Source: a bacterium
GTDB lineage: Bacteria; RBG-13-61-14; DATKZS01
NCBI GenBank assembly: GCA_963674965.2
Contig: CAXXFL010000004.1
Location: 224,001 to 288,000, forward strand
Reading direction: 5' to 3'
DNA: 64,000 bases
Below, one piece after another: positions 57,619 to 64,000 of the stretch (position 1 is the stretch's first letter; every line of letters begins with the position of its first letter). The notes under the pieces were generated by a model. It did no database searches. It was given only the letters and a program-made list of their open reading frames with translations, and was not told the origin of the DNA. A program made the position numbers and the translations under genes.

Positions 57619-59223
57619 ATGGAGGAGGAATTCATGGCGACGCGAAAGCTTTCAGGGTACCACTCGATAATCTTTTTCATGGCGGTTTTTCTTATGGCGC
57701 TTTTTCCATTGGCCTTATCGGCTCAAACTCCGGCGGTCAACACTCCGATCGAGAACACCGCGCCTCCCACTCCCATTGGATCGGGGGCCCGGTCCCTGGG
57801 GTACGGCGGGGCCTTTATCGCCATTGCCGACGACGCCACCTCGGCCAGTTGGAACCCAGGCGGCCTGGTCCAGCTACTCTACCCCGAGTCCAGTATGGTC
57901 ATTGACTATCGGACGCAGGACGTTGACGACGACTACACGGACTTTCTCTCGGTCAACTTCATGTCCCTGGCTTACCCTTTCAATATCGAGGGTACCAACG
58001 TGGTGGTGGCCCTGGCTTTCCAGCAGCTTTACGACTTTTACTTCGAGGGCGACTTCAACGAACAATCGAACTTTGAAGACGCCTCGGCGGCCATTTACCG
58101 GGTAAACTTCTACGATCCTCTTGGCGGTCCCGGCTTCGTGGGCTGGGTATCCGAGGCTTACACCCGCTACGATACGACCAAGACGGGCATGAAGAGCATC
58201 CAGGGCCAGGTGGGGGCCTTGTCTCCGGCCGTGGCCGTCCAGGTAACTCCCGAGTTATCGGTCGGTTTCACTTACAACTTCTGGGCCGACGGCATGGTGG
58301 GACGCGACTATAAATACGAGTACGAGCACGATATCAGCGGAAGCGAGTACCAGGAGGAGCAGGGCTGGCTGACTTTTAACGACGATTGCACCTGCCACGA
58401 CGACGACGGCGACCCCGTTCCCTGCGAGAACGCCATGTTCGAGAACGTATACCTGGACAACCCCTCTTGTCTTGACTCGACCACTTCCCTGGGCACGGCC
58501 ACCGGCGACGTCAACTCTTTCGCCTCCCACCACCGCCGGGTGGCGGACATAGGCTTCGAGGGCCAGAACTTCAACGTGGGAATCATGTACAAGCCCACGC
58601 CCAGGATCACGCTGGGCGCGGTTTACCGGAGCGAGTTCGAGGCGGACGTCCATCTTCAGGAGACGAGGTATTACACCAACCGCGTGTGGAACGGAGTGCC
58701 CCAGCCCGACCTGGGAGCGGACTACATCGAGTCTTACGACAAGATGAGGTTCCCCGCCTCCTACGGCGCCGGCGTGGCCTTCCGCTACTCCGACGCCTTA
58801 ACCATGGCCTTCGACGCCACCATGGTCGAGTGGGACCGCTTCGTCTACACCTATGAAAACGGCGAAAAGATCAGCCTTATCAACGGCCTGCCCGAGGACA
58901 TGGCTGACATAGACCCCACCGTGACCTACAGGCTGGGCGGGGAATACCTTTTCATCAAGCCCAATTACGTGGTGCCGATCAGGGGAGGACTCTTTTACGA
59001 CCCCGAGCCGGCCAGAGGGGAACAGGACGATTACTACGGCGCGTCCTTTGGCCTGGGCCTCGCCTACAAGCAGCTTATAGTGGACATGGCCTACTGGTAC
59101 AGATGGGGAAACGACGTGCTCCTTTATACGACCTACGACCCCATCACCATGCAGATTCATGAGAACCGGGGCGACGTGGCCGAACAGATGATCATGTTGT
59201 CGGCCATTATACATTTGCAGTAA
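57619..59223 (+). CDS. Outer-membrane beta-barrel, OmpP1/FadL/TodX (PorV-like) family
   Basis: Signal peptide; GSGARSLGYGGAFIAIADDATSASWNPGGL; amphipathic strands (RLGGEY, IRGGLFYDP). Confidence 0.85.
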   Translation: MEEEFMATRKLSGYHSIIFFMAVFLMALFPLALSAQTPAVNTPIENTAPPTPIGSGARSLGYGGAFIAIADDATSASWNPGGLVQLLYPESSMVIDYRTQDVDDDYTDFLSVNFMSLAYPFNIEGTNVVVALAFQQLYDFYFEGDFNEQSNFEDASAAIYRVNFYDPLGGPGFVGWVSEAYTRYDTTKTGMKSIQGQVGALSPAVAVQVTPELSVGFTYNFWADGMVGRDYKYEYEHDISGSEYQEEQGWLTFNDDCTCHDDDGDPVPCENAMFENVYLDNPSCLDSTTSLGTATGDVNSFASHHRRVADIGFEGQNFNVGIMYKPTPRITLGAVYRSEFEADVHLQETRYYTNRVWNGVPQPDLGADYIESYDKMRFPASYGAGVAFRYSDALTMAFDATMVEWDRFVYTYENGEKISLINGLPEDMADIDPTVTYRLGGEYLFIKPNYVVPIRGGLFYDPEPARGEQDDYYGASFGLGLAYKQLIVDMAYWYRWGNDVLLYTTYDPITMQIHENRGDVAEQMIMLSAIIHLQ

Positions 59224-59299
59224 GCGCTTTGATTTTTAGGCCCCGTCGAGGCCCGCAATAATAAAACAATTCGCGCGCTCGTCGTCGGAGGAAACGGTA

Positions 59300-62200
59300 A
59301 TGTCAAACCGCTCGATAAAATCGGTCCTTATTCTCCTGGCCCTCGCGGCCTCGGCCCTGGCGTCCTTTTCGGCCGGGGCCATGGACATTTACGTGGACGG
59401 GCCCGGCGTCCCTCCCTTGCTCCAGCCCGGCGACGAGGTCGAGGTATCGGTGGTGGTGGACGTGGACTCCTATAAACTGGGCTACTACAAGGTCCCCATT
59501 TCCTACGACCCGAGCGCCCTCATGCTCAAGGAGATCAGGAAGGGCGACGATCCCGAGTTTACAATGCCCGCGGCCGCGGACGCTCCCTACCTGGACAACC
59601 TCTTTGTATGGGACGAGAACAACGGCGCCAACGGCTGTTCCTCCACGGGTTCCATAACCTTGTTCTATCTTCGCTTCGAGGTGAGGAAGACGGCGCCCTT
59701 CTCGAACCTGAGCAGCGTCAAGCTGGCCGCGGGGGTCGAGCTCGAGAGCTGCTCGAGCGACGACCTGACCTCCGGCCTGCCCATATATCCTTGGGGCGAC
59801 GTCGAGATAAGGATCAAGGACTTCGAGGCCGGAGCCGACGGCATAAACAACTTCATGGACCTGGACGGAAACGGCTCTCCCACCGAGCTTGACGCGGTGA
59901 GGCTGAGGAAAATCCTCGAGCGAAACGTGCTCGACGGAGAAACGGACCTTTTAAACGTGGACGCCAGGAACTGCGACATCAAGGGAAACGCCCTTCTCGA
60001 CCAGTACGACCTGGGCCGCTTCGACGCCCTGGTCAGGCCGGTCAGATCGATTCACGCCGGGCCCGACGGAATCTGCCAAAGCGAGGCCCAGGGCGACGAC
60101 GTTCAGGAAATCCCGGTGGGCCAGGGATCGCCCTTATCTCTCGTGATCGAGCCGGGGTTTAACTTCATCCTGGACTCGATCCCCTCAGGCGACGACGTGG
60201 TCTCGGGCAGGATGATACTCTCGGGACCGGACGGGATCGCCCAGAGCGCGGCCCTGGGAGACGACAAAAGGAGGATCGCCGCGGGAGCGGGCCTGCCCAA
60301 GGGCCTTTGCATCTCGCCCGGACCGGACCAGGAGCTCCAGTCCGACCCCGCCTCCGACGACGTCGAGGTCGAGGACCCCAAGAACTACCTTAACATGGCG
60401 AGCATGGTCCCCCAGCCGGGCAACCCCGAGGCCCTGGTCCTGATCTCGCCGTCTCAGAACCCTTACACGCTGGACCGGGTCGGTTTCGTTCCCATCACGG
60501 CGGCGGTGGTGGACACAAACGGCAAACCCAAGACCGGAATGTCGCCCACCTTCACCATCACCGGTGGAAACGGATACCTGGTGGACGGCTCCACCAGCGG
60601 CGCGAGTTCCATCTCGAACGTGCAGACCGACAAGTTCATCGGCAAGGACGGTCAGGCCCTGGGACAGGCCACCGTCATCCTCGCGGCCGCCTCGGGAGTC
60701 AACCAGGTGACCGTCACCCTGCCCGGAGACTCGGCCAAGGGCATACCCGACCTCGCGCCCCTGGTGGTCACGGTCGAGGTCCTGGGCGCCGGCGTCTATC
60801 ACGTGGACTCCGTGCAGGTGCTGAGCGGAGCCACCTCCGTGTGGGCCGGCGACTCGGTGAATATCGCGATCAGGCTGATGGACGGCCTCGAGCCCATCCA
60901 CGGCGTGGCCGACAGGATTCAGGTCGTCACCGACAGGAACATCATGAACGGCATGTCCTTTTCCGGCTTCGACGACTTCGAGTCACAGGCCATCACCTTC
61001 GACCGCTTCGAGGGAAGCTTCGGAAGCTGGACCCACAACGCCGGGAACGGGTCCCTCGTGGTCAACTCCGAGACGCCCGGCTATTTCGGGAACTACTCGG
61101 TCAAGGCGAGCGACGCGGGCGGGACGGCGCCGACCATGTACCGGGCGATAAGCACGAACGGTTACAGGGACCTAAGCGTGTCCTATCAGTGGGCCTTCCA
61201 GAGGGCGACCGTGCCCCGATACGACGTGCACTTCAAAACCGAGTATTCACTGGACGGCTCGAGCTGGCGGATACTGCGCGACGTGACCGGCTTTGCCGAC
61301 CTGCTCGGCGGGACCCGCGAGTGGATGTACGAGAACTTCAACCTCGAGGGGGTCGAGGAGGCCAACGGCTCGACCATACACCTCAAGTTCACCTTCGACG
61401 TCGGGACCACCACCGCCACCCAGTACCTCTTCCTCGATAACGTGGCCGTCTCGGGCGTCAAGACCATCATGGACGAGGACTTCGAGGACTACTCCATTGG
61501 CCAGTTCCCCGACTCGATGATGGCCGTCAACTACCTCAACTCCGGAAAGAACGGAGTGCTCGAGACGGCGGCCGTGGACGACGACCTCTACCAGTTTACG
61601 CCGGGCGGCGGCCAGCCCAACGCCACCATCATTTACGCCGGCCTGGACAACGTTCTCGACACCACGCCCCTGGGCGACGACACCGTCGAGTCGGCCCTCT
61701 CCATCAACGCCGGGCTCGACGGCATAGCCGACTCCTACGCCCAGGACGACGACTTTCAGGAGATACCTCCCGGCCAGGGCAAGCCTTTCGCGAGGGCCAT
61801 TATCCCGGGACCCGACCGCGTTCTTGACACTCTGGCGCCCCAGGGCGACGACCAGGTGGTGGGAACTTCCGGACCCAGCCCCAGGATCGCCGTGGACTCG
61901 ACCATCGGCCACTTCACCGGGGGAGGACAGGGACATAACGGATCGGACAAGTTCCTCTTCGTGGGCAGGGCCGCCTCGGGAGAGACGGTCGAGTATTACT
62001 CGGTGGGCGTTCAGATGGACGCCAGGGGGACCGACGCGGTCAAGATCGAGTGGTACTCCCAGACCTATAAGCAGGCCGACCCCGGCCAGGGGGTGGAGGG
62101 AAAACCGGCCCAGGAGTTCGCCGTCGAGGTCAGCGACAACGGGGGCAAATCCTGGGTCAGGGTTTGGGACAACGCCGGCTTCGAGGAGGTCGGCTGGCAC

Positions 62201-64000
62201 GGACACGAGCTGGTCCTGGCCGACGACGAGCGCTTCAACCTGGTGGACGGCCTGATGGTCAAATGGACCGCCTCCATGGACTCGGCGGAGGACGGGTCCA
62301 CCGAGCAGGACGGCGTTTACCTGGACGACGTTTTAATCACGGCCATCGATCCGCCGCCCGACTCCTTCACCCCGGTCTTCGACACCCGCGACGGCCAGGG
62401 CACCTATATCACGCGCCTTAAAACCTATAAGCCGGGGTTGGCAACGGTGACGGCCATCTACACTCCCCGCGACGTCGACCCGCTTGGAGACGACAAGATC
62501 GTGTTCGGTGACCCCGAGGTCCTGATGCCGGTGAACGTTCACAAGGCCGAGCCCAACTCGATCGAGGTCTTGCCCAACTCCTTTACGATCAAGGCCTGCC
62601 AGTCGATGAAGGTCAAGGTGGTGGGCAGGTACCAGGACACCCCGGCCGGACAGGTCCGGGACTTGACCAAGTTCTTCACCTTCGACGTGGACGGGCCGGC
62701 CAGGGAAACCGCGCCCGGCGAGATAACCGCCGACTGTTTCCTGGGCGGAGACACGGTCCACATCGAGATATTCGCCAAGCCCCTGGTCGAGGGCCTTTAC
62801 GACCCGGGAGGGGGAGGATCGGGCGCGCAGACGGGAGACGTGTCGGGCAGGGTATACAAGCCGACCTTCGCCGGCGCCGGCGACGCGCCCATCTGGCTGG
62901 ACGTGGGCGGCGGCGACATTATCTACTCTCACACCGACTCGCAGGGGTTCCTGTTTTTCAACGACGTTCCCGCCGGGTCGGGCTACACTATCAAGTCTTC
63001 CCTCGAGGGCTATACCGAGAATTCCAAGACCATAACGGTCAACGCGGGCTCGAACACCTCGACCAGCATCATCCTTTTGTCGGGGACCAACTTCGACGCC
63101 GACGGCCAGTCGGACTCCCTGGACACGGACAAGGACGGCGACGGCGTGACCGACTCGGAGGAAAGCTCCAACGGTTCCTCCAGCTATGACCCTGACAGCG
63201 ACGGTGACGGCGTGCCCGACGGGGAGGACGAGATGCCCGACGACCCGTACGAGTCGCTGGACACGGACGGGGACGGTATCGGGAACAACGCGGACACCGA
63301 CGACGACGGCGACGGCCTGTCGGACTCGGAGGAGGAGTCTCCCGGCTCGGACGGCTATATAACCGACCCTCTCGATCCCGACACCGACGGCGGGGGGGAG
63401 GACGACGGGTCCGAGTACTCCGGTGGCCGGGACCCGACCGACGACTCGGACGACCTCGAGCCCGACTCCGACGGCGACGGCATCGGCGACTCTTACGAGA
63501 CCGACACGGGGGTTTACGTGAATCCGACCGACACCGGCTCGGACCCGGACGACGCGGACAGCGACGACGACGGGCTCGAGGACGGGGACGAGGTCTTGAC
63601 TTACTCGACCGACCCCAACGCGGCCGACTCCGACTCGGACCTTCTCGAGGACGACGTGGAGGTCGGATGGTGCACGGACGCCAACCTGGCCGACACCGAC
63701 GGCGACGGCCTTGACGACGGGCTCGAGGACGCCGACGGCGACGGGACGGTGGACGCGGGCGAGACCGATCCTTGCGACTCCGACTCGGACGGCGACGACA
63801 TACCGGACGGGTACGAGGTCCTGCACGGTCTGAGCGCCCTGGTGGACGACGCGGCCGGGGACCTCGACGGGGACAGCCTCACCAACCTGGCCGAGTACGC
63901 CTATCAGACCGCGGCCGACGACCCGGACGGCGACGGCGACGGCATGGACGACGGCTGGGAGGTCATGTTCGGAATGACCTGCGGCATGGACCCGACGGTA
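59300..64000 (+). CDS. Giant secreted acidic surface protein (>1560 aa, 3' end outside window): cohesin-like, dockerin-like, Ig-like, 2 jelly-roll/MAM-like, carboxypeptidase-regulatory-like and TSP3-type Ca-binding repeats
   Basis: Manual translation from RBS GGAGG and ATG 59300, frame spot-checked to the window end: signal peptide; PGDEVEVSVVVD..ISYDPSAL..LFYLRFEV; DLDGNGSPTELD / DIKGNALLDQYD; many D(T/S)DGDG..E...TDP repeats after ~63090. Confidence 0.9.
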   Translation, partial: MSNRSIKSVLILLALAASALASFSAGAMDIYVDGPGVPPLLQPGDEVEVSVVVDVDSYKLGYYKVPISYDPSALMLKEIRKGDDPEFTMPAAADAPYLDNLFVWDENNGANGCSSTGSITLFYLRFEVRKTAPFSNLSSVKLAAGVELESCSSDDLTSGLPIYPWGDVEIRIKDFEAGADGINNFMDLDGNGSPTELDAVRLRKILERNVLDGETDLLNVDARNCDIKGNALLDQYDLGRFDALVRPVRSIHAGPDGICQSEAQGDDVQEIPVGQGSPLSLVIEPGFNFILDSIPSGDDVVSGRMILSGPDGIAQSAALGDDKRRIAAGAGLPKGLCISPGPDQELQSDPASDDVEVEDPKNYLNMASMVPQPGNPEALVLISPSQNPYTLDRVGFVPITAAVVDTNGKPKTGMSPTFTITGGNGYLVDGSTSGASSISNVQTDKFIGKDGQALGQATVILAAASGVNQVTVTLPGDSAKGIPDLAPLVVTVEVLGAGVYHVDSVQVLSGATSVWAGDSVNIAIRLMDGLEPIHGVADRIQVVTDRNIMNGMSFSGFDDFESQAITFDRFEGSFGSWTHNAGNGSLVVNSETPGYFGNYSVKASDAGGTAPTMYRAISTNGYRDLSVSYQWAFQRATVPRYDVHFKTEYSLDGSSWRILRDVTGFADLLGGTREWMYENFNLEGVEEANGSTIHLKFTFDVGTTTATQYLFLDNVAVSGVKTIMDEDFEDYSIGQFPDSMMAVNYLNSGKNGVLETAAVDDDLYQFTPGGGQPNATIIYAGLDNVLDTTPLGDDTVESALSINAGLDGIADSYAQDDDFQEIPPGQGKPFARAIIPGPDRVLDTLAPQGDDQVVGTSGPSPRIAVDSTIGHFTGGGQGHNGSDKFLFVGRAASGETVEYYSVGVQMDARGTDAVKIEWYSQTYKQADPGQGVEGKPAQEFAVEVSDNGGKSWVRVWDNAGFEEVGWHGHELVLADDERFNLVDGLMVKWTASMDSAEDGSTEQDGVYLDDVLITAIDPPPDSFTPVFDTRDGQGTYITRLKTYKPGLATVTAIYTPRDVDPLGDDKIVFGDPEVLMPVNVHKAEPNSIEVLPNSFTIKACQSMKVKVVGRYQDTPAGQVRDLTKFFTFDVDGPARETAPGEITADCFLGGDTVHIEIFAKPLVEGLYDPGGGGSGAQTGDVSGRVYKPTFAGAGDAPIWLDVGGGDIIYSHTDSQGFLFFNDVPAGSGYTIKSSLEGYTENSKTITVNAGSNTSTSIILLSGTNFDADGQSDSLDTDKDGDGVTDSEESSNGSSSYDPDSDGDGVPDGEDEMPDDPYESLDTDGDGIGNNADTDDDGDGLSDSEEESPGSDGYITDPLDPDTDGGGEDDGSEYSGGRDPTDDSDDLEPDSDGDGIGDSYETDTGVYVNPTDTGSDPDDADSDDDGLEDGDEVLTYSTDPNAADSDSDLLEDDVEVGWCTDANLADTDGDGLDDGLEDADGDGTVDAGETDPCDSDSDGDDIPDGYEVLHGLSALVDDAAGDLDGDSLTNLAEYAYQTAADDPDGDGDGMDDGWEVMFGMTCGMDPTV

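Noticed and set aside
58387..58398. Heme c binding site in the barrel (CTCH)
   Set aside because: Spacing is CxCH, not CxxCH
59608..63885. Many medium ORFs in the ORF track
   Set aside because: Shadows of the single giant + strand ORF starting at 59300

Overview
GC-rich bacterial genomic window, probably from a deltaproteobacterial or Myxococcota-like organism (inferred from gene content, not proven). It has six parts. (1) 1-13.6 kb: a partial SNF2 helicase, a frameshifted nucleoside hydrolase, a receiver protein and a co-oriented run of LEA/WHy lipoproteins, ilvE and several hydrolases. (2) 13.6-18.5 kb: an AT-rich mobile hotspot with amplified REP-like repeats, a brnTA pair with a broken toxin, a deleted RAYT, an IS1595 remnant and a REP-containing MITE that carries an IS481 insertion. 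(3) 18.6-25 kb: V4R-like, LRR, PaaI and RRM genes plus a stressosome operon (V4R-rsbR-rsbS-rsbT-rsbX-rsbT2) with no obvious output gene. (4) 25.5-37.8 kb: SEC-C proteins, an IS3 element and an ISNCY/IS5-like element that splits a 606-aa zinc-ribbon membrane gene. (5) 37.9-57.1 kb: a complete dcw cluster (mraZ to ftsZ, minus strand) with a structured 500-bp insert between ftsL and ftsI. (6) 57.6-64 kb: a FadL/PorV-like barrel followed by a >1560-aa secreted protein with cohesin, dockerin and Ca-binding repeats that runs off the window. All family calls are from motif recognition by eye; no database searches were run.
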